DNA of 62,314 nucleotides from assembly GCA_036741795.1 (NCBI GenBank), contig DAINRO010000003.1, positions 1-62,314 of the forward strand, given 5' to 3'. Source of the DNA: Chloroflexota bacterium (GTDB lineage Bacteria > Chloroflexota > Dehalococcoidia > SM23-28-2 > RBG-16-64-32). Under the pieces are notes generated by a model. The model ran no database searches. It saw only the letters and a list, made by a program, of their open reading frames with translations, and had not been told where the DNA came from. A program made the position numbers and the translations under genes. This document shows positions 9,630 to 20,136 of this stretch, piece after piece (the first letter of the stretch is position 1; each line of letters opens with the position of its first letter).

Positions 9630-11201
9630 CTACTCCAGGTAGTCCTTAAGCTTCTTGCTCCGGCTCGGGTGGCGCAACTTCCGTAGCGCCTTCGCCTCGA
9701 TCTGTCGAATCCGCTCTCTCGTTACGTTGAACTCGCGCCCAACCTCCTCCAGCGTTCGGCTGCGTCCGTCCTCGAGGCCGAATCGCAACATCAGGACCTT
9801 CTGTTCGCGCGGTGTTAGCGTCGAGACGACTTCCTGGACCTGCTCCTTGAGGAGCTGGTGAGATGCAGCTTCGGCCGGCGCCATGGTCCCCTGGTCCTCG
9901 ATGAAGTCGCCGAGGTGGGAGTCCTCTTCCTCTCCGATGGGAGTCTCCAGGGAGACGGGCTCCTGTGACACTTTCACGATCTCGCGAACCTTGTCGGTGG
10001 CGATTTCCATGCCCCGCCCGATCTCCTCGCTGCTCGGCTCGCGACCGTACTCCTGGACGAGCCTGCGGCTGATGCGGACGAGCTTGTTGATCGTTTCGAC
10101 CATGTGGACCGGGATGCGAATCGTGCGCGCCTGATCGGCGATAGCACGGGTGATGGCCTGGCGGATCCACCACGTTGCGTACGTGCTGAACTTGTAGCCC
10201 TTGCGGTAGTCAAACTTCTCCACCGCGCGGATCAAGCCGATGTTTCCCTCCTGGATAAGGTCAAGAAGTGACATTCCACGGCCGATGTACTTCTTCGCGA
10301 CGCTGACCACCAACCGGAGGTTCGCTTCGGTGAGACGTTTCTCGGACCGAAACCCCTCGTCCTTGAGCTGTTTGAAGTGGAAGCTGATTGCCTGGTCATG
10401 CTTGAGCAGGCGGTCCCCCAGGTCTTCGGGTGGTGACACGATCCGGGTCGCCGAGCCCATGTCCTCGGCCGCCCAGCCGATGAACTCCGCCTTGGGCACG
10501 TGCGTGGCGATGGAAATGCGGACGGTGAGATGCTCCGCTTCTTCCTGCTCCAGCTTCAGCTGCTCGACGAGCTTCTCGATCATCTCAACGTCGAGTTCGC
10601 CATCCACTACTTTTCGGAACTCGGGCTCCTCCACAAGCTGAGCCAGTGTCGACTTCAGGCCGAGATTCTTCTTGATGACTTCGATTCCCCGGCGCACCTC
10701 GTGAATGTCCTTCATGATGCGGGCCATGACGTCAACGCCACGGGCGTTACGACCGGTCTCTACGAAGTGCTCCTCCTCAAGGCGATGAATGTACAGACCC
10801 TCTTCCATCGACCGGGCCAGCCGCTTCTCGTCGTCGGCTGTGAGTAGGCTGACCTTACCGATTTCGCGCAGGTACATGCGGACCGGATCGTCAATCCCCT
10901 CCTCCAGATCTAGTTCGGCGACCTCCGGCTCGGGTTCTTCTGGTTTGCCGGCATCACCGACCCATTCCTCGATGTCAGTGGGCGCGCGAGCGGATACGCG
11001 ACCCGGGATGTCTGCTGGGTCGTCGTCTGTCGCCACCACACCCAACGGCGTCAGGACGACGTCGTCTTCGTCTTCCGCATCCTCATCGACGTCCACCGTG
11101 GCGTCGTCCGCGATGTCCTCGAGAAGATCGTCTGCCAGGCGCGCACGCTGGCGTTGCCTGCGCTCGCCGGTTTCTTGGTCCTTCTTGTAATCGTTTACCA
11201 T
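9630..11201 (-). CDS. rpoD: primary RNA polymerase sigma-70 factor RpoD
   Basis: 523 aa. Acidic N-terminus; region 2 ([27 protein letters not shown]); region 4 HTH ([30 protein letters not shown]). Confidence 0.95.
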   Translation of the reverse strand: MVNDYKKDQETGERRQRQRARLADDLLEDIADDATVDVDEDAEDEDDVVLTPLGVVATDDDPADIPGRVSARAPTDIEEWVGDAGKPEEPEPEVAELDLEEGIDDPVRMYLREIGKVSLLTADDEKRLARSMEEGLYIHRLEEEHFVETGRNARGVDVMARIMKDIHEVRRGIEVIKKNLGLKSTLAQLVEEPEFRKVVDGELDVEMIEKLVEQLKLEQEEAEHLTVRISIATHVPKAEFIGWAAEDMGSATRIVSPPEDLGDRLLKHDQAISFHFKQLKDEGFRSEKRLTEANLRLVVSVAKKYIGRGMSLLDLIQEGNIGLIRAVEKFDYRKGYKFSTYATWWIRQAITRAIADQARTIRIPVHMVETINKLVRISRRLVQEYGREPSSEEIGRGMEIATDKVREIVKVSQEPVSLETPIGEEEDSHLGDFIEDQGTMAPAEAASHQLLKEQVQEVVSTLTPREQKVLMLRFGLEDGRSRTLEEVGREFNVTRERIRQIEAKALRKLRHPSRSKKLKDYLE

Positions 11202-13046
11202 TTACTCCACTCCGGACGGGATGGGCCCGTCCTTTCTCCCTCTGGTATGCAATTCGCGACCGATCTCCATGTTGCGCTGGATCAGGGCCTCCATCTCCCG
11301 GGACGCAAGCGGGTCAACATCAGATGCGTCTGGGCCAGGCCGGTTCTCGTCCTGAAGCGCCGCAATCTGGGCCGCAATGGCCTGCTGTTCTGCTTGCAGG
11401 CGGCGTTGCTTCAGTTTACGAATGCAGTCATCCACGACTCCGGGGGCTTGATCCTCACCGGAGATGGGCAGCCTATACATTATAAGACGTTCCACATAGG
11501 CCGCTAGATCCGGGTTTGTCGCGCGTTTCAATTCTTCCCTGTCTTCGTGCTGTTTTCGGAGTTCAAGGATCGACTTTCCGCGAGCATCGATCAAAAGATC
11601 GGCGGACGCATCGGCAGGCACTGGTACGTGGTTGTACTGGAGCAGCGTCGCGAGCAGGAATTCTTCGCTCGAAAGGGGGCCATCGACGGCGGATCTTCCG
11701 CTGGTCCCAGCCTCGAGGTTCCGGCCCCCGCGACGCGCCATCGCGGCCAGCTCGGGTTCCGGCACCTGGGCAAGGCGCGAAACCTTTTGGATGTAGTGCG
11801 CCCGAATGACTGCGTCGTCGATGGAGCGGACAATCTGGAGCATTTCGCCCGCGGCGGCCTTCTTTCCCTGCGGTGAGACGAGATCCGCGCGGGCCGCGAC
11901 ATACTCGATCCAGAAGTCAATATACGGGCGCGCTGAGTCGATCGTGCGCCTCCAGACTTCCGGGTCCTTTCTGATTAATTCATCCGGGTCCTTACCGGCC
12001 GGGAGGGCGGCGACGTAGAAATGACCGCTGGTCTGCAATTCGACCGGCAATCGTTCCTTGAATGCCATCGCGTCCGCGGACACCCTCTCCGAACCGGAAA
12101 CGTCGAGAGCTACCTTGTGCATCGCGTCCTGCCCCGCCCCATCAGCGTCGAGTACTAGCACCACCTTGTCGGCGACCCGCTTTAGCAGGGCGTACTGACG
12201 GTCGGTGAGCGCAGTGCCCATCTGTGCCACGACATTCTTGTGGCCAAACTGGTGCGCCGCGATCACGTCCATGTAGCCCTCGACCACGACTGCCTGCCCT
12301 GCAGACCTTATCGTTTCGGAGGCCTTGTCCAGGGCATACAGCGTGCCACCCTTGTCGAATATCGGGGTTTGCGCCGTGTTCAAGTACTTGGGCATGGAGT
12401 CATCAAGCGCTCGCGCGCCGAATCCGATTACCCGTCCTTTCGCGTTCCAGATGGCGAACGTCAGCCGGCCGCGAAAGCGATCGTAAAGGCCGTTGTCGCC
12501 CTGGATTACCAGCCCAGCCGCCAGTAATTCCCTATCGCTGAACCCCTTCTCTCGAAGGTGGTCCCGGCAGTCGTCCCAGTTGTCGAGACTGTAGCCCAAT
12601 CCGAAGTCCCGGGCCGTCGCATCGTCGATACCGCGCGACTCGACGTAAGCTAAGGCCGCGCTCCCGGGTGGCGTCTTCAGCAATCGTGCGAAATATTCGG
12701 CTGCGGCCTCGTTCGCGGCGAAAATGCGTTCACGCTCTCTGTCTTGCTCGATCGAGACCTTGCGTTCGGGCAGCTTTACCCCGGCACGTTCGGCAAGGAG
12801 ACGCAGCGCCTCGGGGAAGTCCAGCCCCTCACGCTTCATGACGAATGAGATGACGTCTCCGCCAGTGGCGCAGGCGCCGAAGCAGTGCCACGTCTGCCGG
12901 TCTGGGGTGACGATGAACGAGGGCGTCTTTTCCTGGTGGAAGGGACATGGGGCCTTGAACGTCCGGCCAACCTTTTTCAGTGGCACGGACTGGCCGATTA
13001 TCTCGACGATGTCCAGGCGGCTCTTTACTTCTTCGATTTCATTCAT
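11202..13046 (-). CDS. dnaG: DNA primase DnaG
   Basis: 614 aa. Zinc-finger motif [25 protein letters not shown] and TOPRIM motif [10 protein letters not shown]. Directly abuts rpoD. Confidence 0.95.
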   Translation of the reverse strand: [614 protein letters not shown]

Positions 13047-13153
13047 CGACGTAGAGCGGCTTCCTCTAGATGGGGGCGGATGGGCTCGGAGGCCAATGGG
13101 CGAGCCTCCACCCTATTACAACAATCGAAAACGCAATAAGTTTCGTTCCCCAT

Positions 13154-14245
13154 TCAGCCCGCCAAAGATTCAGGCTCAAGAAGCCCCCTCTTTCCCGGTA
13201 GGATGGCGCCGAGCCGCTGCGCAGTGGCGATCGCGTAACGATCGGTCATTCCCGACACGTAGTCCGCGGCCCGCCGCCGTGGCGGGTCCTCGGCGATGAC
13301 GAAGTCACTGCGTATTTCTTCGGGGTGTCCTGCAAAATGCTGATAGAGGAGGCGTACGATGCGCTTTGCTTCCTCTGTTTCCTCTTGCCGGTCCTCAAGC
13401 GTGTATACGCGCTGGAACATGAACTCCCTGAGCACATTTGCGGCGGACAGTACCCGCGGACTCATCCCGACCCGCCGCTCCGGGGGTGGTTGTCCTTCGC
13501 CAGTAGCCCACCAGGAGTGGTCGACGATATCGCAGACGAGCGAATTGATTCTCTCCGAATGGCGTTCACCAAGCGTGCTCCGGACTTCCGCTGGGAGCGC
13601 GTCCTCGGAGATGAGCCCCGCCCTGATAGCGTCGGCGATGTCGTGGTTGATGTAAGCGATGGCGTCGGAGATTTTGACGATCTGTCCCTCCAGGGAACTG
13701 GGCACGCCCCAGGCTTCAGCCATGATGTCTTCGCGCACCTTGGACGAGTTGACGATCCCGTCGCGGACTTCCCACGTCAGGTTCAGCCTTTCGAGTTTGT
13801 CCACGACACGCAAACTATGTTTGGCGTGCCGAAATCCTTCCGGGACGACGTCTGCTAGCGCCTGCTCCCCGGCATGCCCGAATGGCGGGTGTCCGATGTC
13901 GTGGGCAAGGGCGGACGCCTCGGCCACATCCTCGTTCAAGTTGAGGGCGCGTGCGATGGTGCGGGCAATCTGTGCGACCTCCAGCGTGTGCGTCAGCCGC
14001 GTGACGAAGTGGTCGCCGACCGGGGCGATGAATACCTGGGTCTTGTGCTTCAGGCGCCGAAACGCCTTGCAATGGATGATCCGGTCACGGTCCCGCTGGA
14101 ACTCTGTCCGGACCGGAGAGTGCGCCTCGGGGATCTCTCGACCGCGGCTTTCCTTACTCTTCAGGGCAAGCGGAGATAGGGCATTCTCGCGGTTCTCAAG
14201 GTGCCGGGCAACAGCGGACAGGTGAGAGTCCACTTCAGAAGTCAA
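13154..14245 (-). CDS. dgt: dGTP triphosphohydrolase-like HD-domain protein
   Basis: 363 aa. HD motif (LAHDIGHPPFGH) and an RLTHTLEVAQIAR segment typical of dGTPase-like proteins. Lies upstream of dnaG-rpoD. Confidence 0.85.
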   Translation of the reverse strand: MTSEVDSHLSAVARHLENRENALSPLALKSKESRGREIPEAHSPVRTEFQRDRDRIIHCKAFRRLKHKTQVFIAPVGDHFVTRLTHTLEVAQIARTIARALNLNEDVAEASALAHDIGHPPFGHAGEQALADVVPEGFRHAKHSLRVVDKLERLNLTWEVRDGIVNSSKVREDIMAEAWGVPSSLEGQIVKISDAIAYINHDIADAIRAGLISEDALPAEVRSTLGERHSERINSLVCDIVDHSWWATGEGQPPPERRVGMSPRVLSAANVLREFMFQRVYTLEDRQEETEEAKRIVRLLYQHFAGHPEEIRSDFVIAEDPPRRRAADYVSGMTDRYAIATAQRLGAILPGKRGLLEPESLAG

Positions 14246-14329
14246 TCGTATCTCCAGAGGGCAATTCTAACCCGCGCCGGGGCTTATCCCGATGGGCGAT
14301 TGGCGCAGATTGTGGATAGGCCGCGGGGA

Positions 14330-16675
14330 TCAGGAAGCCGGAGTGAGCGCGCCCGCCGGTTTCGCCGGTGCGCCGGCCTCTTCTGCGAGTTCAGCTTCCA
14401 CTTTCGCGATGATCTGGCGCGTTTTGCCGATGACGTCGCGGTTTATCGAAACGGAGGTCACGCCCCACTCAACGAGCTTCCTGGTGACCTCGGGGAAGTC
14501 GCTCGGGGCTTGCCCACAAATCGATACGGTGATGCCCCGGCGCCTCGCGCCCGTGACCAGCACCTCCAATGCCTTCATCACTGCCTCGTTCCGCTCGTCA
14601 AAGGCCTCCGCGAAGTGTGCGGAGTCGCGGTCCACGCCGAGGGTGAGCTGGGTAAGGTCGTTGGAGCCGATGCTGATTCCATCAATGCCAACATCGATGA
14701 ACTTGTCGAGGAGGAACACGTTGGAGGGAACTTCAGCCATCATCCAGAGCTTGAAGTCCTCGCTTCGCTTCAGACCGTAGCTTTCCATTAAGCCTTTGAC
14801 CTGGCCCAACTCGTCCGGCGTGCGCACAAACGGAATCATCACCCAGAGGTTCGGAAACTCCGCCCGAACACGTTTAATCGCTTCGATCTCGAGGCGGAAC
14901 ACTTCGGGGTCGTGGATATAGCGGGCGGCGCCACGGTAGCCAATCATCGGGTTTTCTTCTTCGAACTCGTACTTGTCGCCGCCTTTGAGATTGCGGTACT
15001 CGTTTGTCTTGAAGTCAGTGGTCCGATAGACAACCGGACGCGGGTGGAACGCCTTGGCGAACTCGCGAAGCCCGGACGCAAGCCGGGTGGTGAAGTCCTC
15101 GGGGCGGCCCTCATCGATGCAGAGCCGTGGGTGCTCTTTGATGTAATCCGCGACGATGAACTCGGCTCGCAACAAACCGACACCGTCCACGTTCTCCTTG
15201 GCCATCACGTCCGCCAGGCTGGGCTCGGCCAGATTCAAGTAGACTTTGGTGTTCGTCTTGATGTTGATCGCTTCCTGCCGACGCTGTTTCCACTCTTCGG
15301 CCCAGGTCAGTCGGCTCTCGGCTTTACCTTCGTAGACAACGCCCCGGGACCCATCGACGGTGACCTCGCGATCGGCGGCCAACACCGAGGTGGCTGATTC
15401 CGTTCCCACCACGCAAGGCACACCAAGCTCACGGCTAACGATCGCGGCGTGGCAGAGCCGTCCCCCCTCGTCTGTGACAATGGCTGCCGCCTTCTTCATC
15501 GCCGGGACAAAGTCCGGCGTCGTCATCGGGGCCACGAGAATGTCGCCTTGCTCGACGAGGCTGATGTCCTCGGGCGATGTGACTACCTTTACCGGGCCAA
15601 AGGCAACGCCCGGGCTGGCCGCAGCTCCTTCGAGGAGGACCGGGGAAGGTTCGGGAGCGCCGTCGTCTTCCTCTTCGGCCATAGTGGAGATCGTCGTTGT
15701 TACGGGGCGCGACTGCACGATGTAGAACTTCCCGCCCTCGAACGCCCATTCGATGTCCTGGGGCCGGCCGTAGTGGTTCTCTACACTGACACCGATCGCG
15801 GAGAGGTCCTTCACCTGTTGTTCGGTCAGTTTCGGCTTGCGCTGGTCCTCTTCAGGAACATCTACCCAGAGGTTATTCTCCTCGCCCGGACGCGCCCGTT
15901 CCCTCCGAATGAGCTGGCGTCTCTGTGCCTTGGTCTCCTCCTTCGTGATCTCGAGGCCAACCTTCTTTACCACGAAGTGGTCAGGCGTTACCGCACCTGA
16001 GACGATCGCCTCGCCGAGGCCGTAAATCGCGTCGATGACGATGTCCGCGCTGTTGCGCTTCGGATCGATCGTGAACATGACGCCAGAACGTTCTGACTGG
16101 ACCATGTACTGGACGACTACGGCAATCCCCACGTCGAGGTGGTCGAAGCCAGCCTCCACGCGATAGAAGATGGCCCGTGCTTCGAATAGGGAGGCCCAGC
16201 ATTCCTGCACGGCGCGGATGACGTTATTCTCACCCTGTATGTTCAGATAAGTGCTCTGCTGGCCTGCGAAAGACGCCTCGGCGAGGTCCTCTGCCGTGGC
16301 CGAACTGCGCACGGCAACGGGAAGCCCTTTCATCTGGCGGTACGCGCGGGCGATCGCCGTCGCCGTCTCGGATGGCATGTCCGCCTCGAGGATCAGGTCC
16401 TTGATTGCGTTTGAGACACCCTGGAGAGCCGTTCCATCGTTAACATCGACACCCTCGAGCACCGCCTTGATCTTGTCGCGAATTCCAGCGGCATCGAGGA
16501 AATGGAAATAGACATCGGAGGTGACGATGAACCCCGACGGGACCGGGATACCGGCCCTGGTCAGTTCACCCAGGTTTGCTCCCTTGCCTCCAACCAGGAC
16601 CACGTCATCTTTGTCTACCTCACCAAACCAGGCGATAACCTTCACGCTCCGGCTCCTTCCGTCGGCTCGTTTCAA
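14330..16675 (-). CDS. ppsA: phosphoenolpyruvate synthase (pyruvate, water dikinase)
   Basis: 781 aa. ATP-grasp N-terminus (VGGKGANLGEL), phospho-His swivel motif (TDEGGRLCHAAIVSRELGVPCVVG) and a PEP-utilizing C-terminal barrel. Confidence 0.9.
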   Translation of the reverse strand: MKRADGRSRSVKVIAWFGEVDKDDVVLVGGKGANLGELTRAGIPVPSGFIVTSDVYFHFLDAAGIRDKIKAVLEGVDVNDGTALQGVSNAIKDLILEADMPSETATAIARAYRQMKGLPVAVRSSATAEDLAEASFAGQQSTYLNIQGENNVIRAVQECWASLFEARAIFYRVEAGFDHLDVGIAVVVQYMVQSERSGVMFTIDPKRNSADIVIDAIYGLGEAIVSGAVTPDHFVVKKVGLEITKEETKAQRRQLIRRERARPGEENNLWVDVPEEDQRKPKLTEQQVKDLSAIGVSVENHYGRPQDIEWAFEGGKFYIVQSRPVTTTISTMAEEEDDGAPEPSPVLLEGAAASPGVAFGPVKVVTSPEDISLVEQGDILVAPMTTPDFVPAMKKAAAIVTDEGGRLCHAAIVSRELGVPCVVGTESATSVLAADREVTVDGSRGVVYEGKAESRLTWAEEWKQRRQEAINIKTNTKVYLNLAEPSLADVMAKENVDGVGLLRAEFIVADYIKEHPRLCIDEGRPEDFTTRLASGLREFAKAFHPRPVVYRTTDFKTNEYRNLKGGDKYEFEEENPMIGYRGAARYIHDPEVFRLEIEAIKRVRAEFPNLWVMIPFVRTPDELGQVKGLMESYGLKRSEDFKLWMMAEVPSNVFLLDKFIDVGIDGISIGSNDLTQLTLGVDRDSAHFAEAFDERNEAVMKALEVLVTGARRRGITVSICGQAPSDFPEVTRKLVEWGVTSVSINRDVIGKTRQIIAKVEAELAEEAGAPAKPAGALTPAS

Positions 16676-16703
16676 TATCCGGTGACTTCACACGTCACCC
16701 GCG

Positions 16704-16731
16704 ATTATATCGAGCCTCCATGCCCCCGCAA
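16704..16731 (-). promoter_or_regulatory. putative ppsA promoter (-35 TTGCGG, 16-nt spacer, -10 TATAAT)
   Basis: On the minus strand a perfect TATAAT lies at 16704-16709 and TTGCGG at 16726-16731. A GGTGAC/GTCACC hairpin (16681-16699) lies just downstream in the leader. Confidence 0.3.
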
Positions 16732-16776
16732 CAACGGCAAGCATTCAATCAACATAACAGTTGATCCCGGGCGTGA

Positions 16777-18618
16777 TTACTCGACGGTGACGGTCTTTGC
16801 GAGGTTCCGAGGCTGATCAACGTCACAGCCGCGCCTCACGGCAACGTGATACGAGAACAACTGCAGGGGAATCGAGGTTAGAACCGGCAATAACAACGGC
16901 GAAAGTTCCGGGACCGAGACCACTCGGTCAGCCTTCTCGGCGATTTCGTCATCTCCCTCCGAACAGACCGCGATGACCGTCCCCTCCCGCGCCTTCACCT
17001 GTTCGATGTTGCTCATCATCTTGTCTCGGAGGTTGTCGTTCGGGCAGAGAGCGACTACCGGCATGTCGTGGTCGATGAGGGCGATTGGTCCGTGCTTCAT
17101 TTCGCCCGCCGGATACCCCTCAGCGTGGATGTAACTGATCTCTTTGAGTTTGAGCGCACCTTCCATTGCCACTGGATACTGGGCGCCGCGGCCGAGGAAG
17201 AGGAAATCGCGGCAGCGATGGAACTCATGGGCAAGTTTTTCGACATGAGCCTCCTGCTTCAGCACCTCACCTGCCAGGTTTGGGAGGCGCGCCAGCGGCT
17301 CCAGGTAGCCCGCTATTTGTTCTGGGTTGAGTGTGCCCCTCACCTGCGCGAGGTAACAGGCCAGCATGTAAAGCGCCGTGATTGAAGCCGTGTATGTCTT
17401 CGTACTGGCAACGCCAATCTCTAGGCCGCATCGGGTGTAAACTGAGCCTTCTGCGACTCTGCTCGCCTGGCTGCCGGGGACGTTTGTGATGGCGATCTGC
17501 GGGCACCCCTGGCGCTTTCCCTCCTCCATCGCCGCCAGCGTGTCGACGGTCTCTCCTGACTGCGTCACCGAAATGACCAGAGTGTCGGGACCCATGATCG
17601 GCCCGCGGTAACGCATCTCGGAGGCGTTGTCGAAATCCGCCGGGATCTTCGCTATCTGCTCAAAGTAGGTCCGGCCAATCATCGCCGAGTGGAGGCTCGT
17701 TCCCATGCCGACCAGGACCACCCGCCGAATGGCCGCAATCTGCGCGTCGGAAAGCCCGATCTCATCCAGTTCGATACGCGATTCCCCGAAGAGGGCGCGG
17801 CCCCGAATCGTGTCCAGGATCCCCTCCGGCTGCTCGGCGATCTCCTTCTGCATAAAGTGCTTGTAGCTGCCCTTGGCTGCCGCTAACGGATCAAGTGGCA
17901 CCACCTCAGGCCTGCGTTCGGTCGCCACGCCCATCTGGCAGTATTCGACGCTGTCCTTTCGCACGCGGGCCGTATCGCCATGGTCAAGGAAGACGAGCCG
18001 CGCCGTGTGCGGGAGAAGAGCGGGTAAGTCGCTGCCGATGAAATTTTCGCCATCTCCATACCCGATCACCACACCGCCTGCGTTGCCGACGCGAGCTGCG
18101 ACGATGGTCCCAGGCTCTGATTTACTGAACGCGAGAATTGCATGCGCGCCCTTTAGCGCGTTCACCGTTTGAATCAGCGCGTTATGAAGGTCACCTCCGG
18201 ATTTGAGGTTCTCTTCGAGGAGGTGCGGGATGACCTCCGTGTCAGTCTCCGACAGAAACGTGTGTCCAGCTTGTGCAAGGCGCTTCTTAATCTCGTGGTG
18301 GTTCTCTACGATTCCGTTGTGGATGACGACGATGTCGCCGGAACAATCGCTGTGGGGGTGGGCGTTGACGTCAGACGGGCGGCCGTGCGTTGCCCAGCGA
18401 GTGTGCCCGATTCCCTGTTTGCCCCGTGGCCACTGCTCGTCGAGGAGTTCGGCGAGACCAGAGAGTTTCCCTTCGCGCTTGCGTACGCTGAGGTCCCCGG
18501 TTCCGTCCAGGATCGCGATGCCAACACTGTCATAGCCGCGGTATTCAAGCCGCCGGAGGCCATCGATCAGGACCGGCGCCGCTTCCTGTTCGCCCACGTA
18601 TCCAATGATCCCGCACAT
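16777..18618 (-). CDS. glmS: glutamine--fructose-6-phosphate aminotransferase GlmS
   Basis: 613 aa. Starts MCGIIGYVG (N-terminal Cys nucleophile), carries tandem SIS domains and ends ...AKTVTVE. Confidence 0.95.
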   Translation of the reverse strand: MCGIIGYVGEQEAAPVLIDGLRRLEYRGYDSVGIAILDGTGDLSVRKREGKLSGLAELLDEQWPRGKQGIGHTRWATHGRPSDVNAHPHSDCSGDIVVIHNGIVENHHEIKKRLAQAGHTFLSETDTEVIPHLLEENLKSGGDLHNALIQTVNALKGAHAILAFSKSEPGTIVAARVGNAGGVVIGYGDGENFIGSDLPALLPHTARLVFLDHGDTARVRKDSVEYCQMGVATERRPEVVPLDPLAAAKGSYKHFMQKEIAEQPEGILDTIRGRALFGESRIELDEIGLSDAQIAAIRRVVLVGMGTSLHSAMIGRTYFEQIAKIPADFDNASEMRYRGPIMGPDTLVISVTQSGETVDTLAAMEEGKRQGCPQIAITNVPGSQASRVAEGSVYTRCGLEIGVASTKTYTASITALYMLACYLAQVRGTLNPEQIAGYLEPLARLPNLAGEVLKQEAHVEKLAHEFHRCRDFLFLGRGAQYPVAMEGALKLKEISYIHAEGYPAGEMKHGPIALIDHDMPVVALCPNDNLRDKMMSNIEQVKAREGTVIAVCSEGDDEIAEKADRVVSVPELSPLLLPVLTSIPLQLFSYHVAVRRGCDVDQPRNLAKTVTVE

Positions 18619-18666
18619 GGTCTTACCGTCCTTCTGTGTTTTGCTGACTAAAACGCAAAACCCCGG

Positions 18667-19359
18667 TCATGGGTTCGTGGCTGTCGTTTCGGCATTGGCC
18701 TGTGGTGGGGAGGTCCCCGACGAATAGGCGCCCCTGAATTCCTCGGGAAGGAGGCTAGCGATCTCCCTCATTATGCGGTCGGTCCCACTTTCGATGTCCG
18801 CCCGGGTCACCTTAGGTTGTCGGTCCAGCGTGAATGGATGGCCAAACTGGACATGAGCGCGGGTGCGGCGAAAGAAATCGCGCGGAAACTTGACGCGCTC
18901 CGTTCCCCAGATCGCGACCGGTTGAACAGGCGCCCCCGATCTTAGTGCGATTAACGCCGAACCGGGCTCTCCTCGCTTCAACCCCTCCCCGTGGCTCCGC
19001 GTGCCCTCGGGAAACATGCCCAGACACCCGCCTTGTTGCAGGTGCTCTTGCGCCTGGCGGAGCGCTTTCAGGTCGGCGTCGAAACGCCGCACCGGGATCA
19101 TTCCCCCGATCTTCATCATTGGCCCGATAACCGGAGTCGAGAACCACTCTGCTTTGGTCAGCCACGCGATCTGACGGGGCGTCGCATGGGTCAGCACCGG
19201 CGGGTCAGCATTGTTGAGGTGGTTACAGGCCAGGATCAGCGGCCCATCTCTCGGTACGTTTTCCCGCCCCTGGATATCGAGGTTGCCCACGACGAGGAGA
19301 ATCAGGCGTACCCATGTCAGGTTGGCGTAGTAGAAGACGGAGCGAAGGAAGCGCGTCAT
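18667..19359 (-). CDS. plsC: 1-acyl-sn-glycerol-3-phosphate acyltransferase
   Basis: 230 aa. H-x4-D motif (NHLNNAD) and FPEGTRS motif. Confidence 0.85.
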   Translation of the reverse strand: MTRFLRSVFYYANLTWVRLILLVVGNLDIQGRENVPRDGPLILACNHLNNADPPVLTHATPRQIAWLTKAEWFSTPVIGPMMKIGGMIPVRRFDADLKALRQAQEHLQQGGCLGMFPEGTRSHGEGLKRGEPGSALIALRSGAPVQPVAIWGTERVKFPRDFFRRTRAHVQFGHPFTLDRQPKVTRADIESGTDRIMREIASLLPEEFRGAYSSGTSPPQANAETTATNP

Positions 19360-20096
19360 TGCTTGTCGGTGGAGGCCAGGCGAATGACTTCTTCCAGCAC
19401 TTCCTCGACTTCCTTGCCGTCAGTACGGATCACGACCGCGTCGTGGGCCGGTCTGAGCGGCGAAACTTCACGCTCCGAATCGATCTGATCGCGCCGGCGA
19501 ATATCGTCCATTACCTCCTCTTCGGTCCCGGCACGGCCCGACCTGTGGAACTCCTGGTGCCGCCGCCGCGACCTCTCCGAGAGAGACGCGTCGAGATAAA
19601 CCTTAAGCGCCGCGTCCGGAAGTACGACCGTGCCGATGTCGCGGCCCGCCATCACGATCGCCCCTTCCTCGGCTATCATTCTCTGCTTTCTCACGAGCGC
19701 CTCCCGCACACCGGCAACACGGGAGATGAGCGAAACCGAGGCTTCGACTTCGGGGGCACGAAGCAAGTTTGTGACGTTTACCCCGTCGACGAATACTTGC
19801 TCTTCCTCCGCGTGATCCGGGGACGGCAGCGAGACGTCGATGCGAAGATCTCGCGCCAGGGACGTCAGGGCTCCCGCATCCTCAATACTGACATTCCGAG
19901 CGAGAGCCGCTTGCGTCACGGCGCGGTACATGATCCCTGTGTCCAGGAAGTGCCAGCCCAGCGCGAGGGCAAGGCGGCGGCCGATGGTGCTCTTGCCTGA
20001 GGCGGCAGACCCGTCAACGGCAATAGCACGGGGATGGCGTTGACTGGGGCGGGCTCTACGTGGCCCGGCATCTGTGCCGGTGGCCGCATCAGTCAT
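19356..20096 (-). CDS. cmk: cytidylate kinase
   Basis: P-loop IAVDGSAASGKST and LDTGIMYRAV. Start reset to the ATG at 20094-20096 (MTDAATG...). The ORF-track start at 20468 would overlap the upstream gene by about 330 nt and add about 124 non-homologous residues. Confidence 0.85.
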   Translation of the reverse strand: MTDAATGTDAGPRRARPSQRHPRAIAVDGSAASGKSTIGRRLALALGWHFLDTGIMYRAVTQAALARNVSIEDAGALTSLARDLRIDVSLPSPDHAEEEQVFVDGVNVTNLLRAPEVEASVSLISRVAGVREALVRKQRMIAEEGAIVMAGRDIGTVVLPDAALKVYLDASLSERSRRRHQEFHRSGRAGTEEEVMDDIRRRDQIDSEREVSPLRPAHDAVVIRTDGKEVEEVLEEVIRLASTDKQ

Positions 20097-20136
20097 CACC
20101 GGGATTATAGGTTCGCGCGCGCCCGGTGGTAAACTG

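Noticed and set aside
18619-18666. glmS ribozyme upstream of glmS
   Set aside because: Only 48 nt separate glmS from the preceding gene, far too short for the ribozyme. No conserved core is visible.
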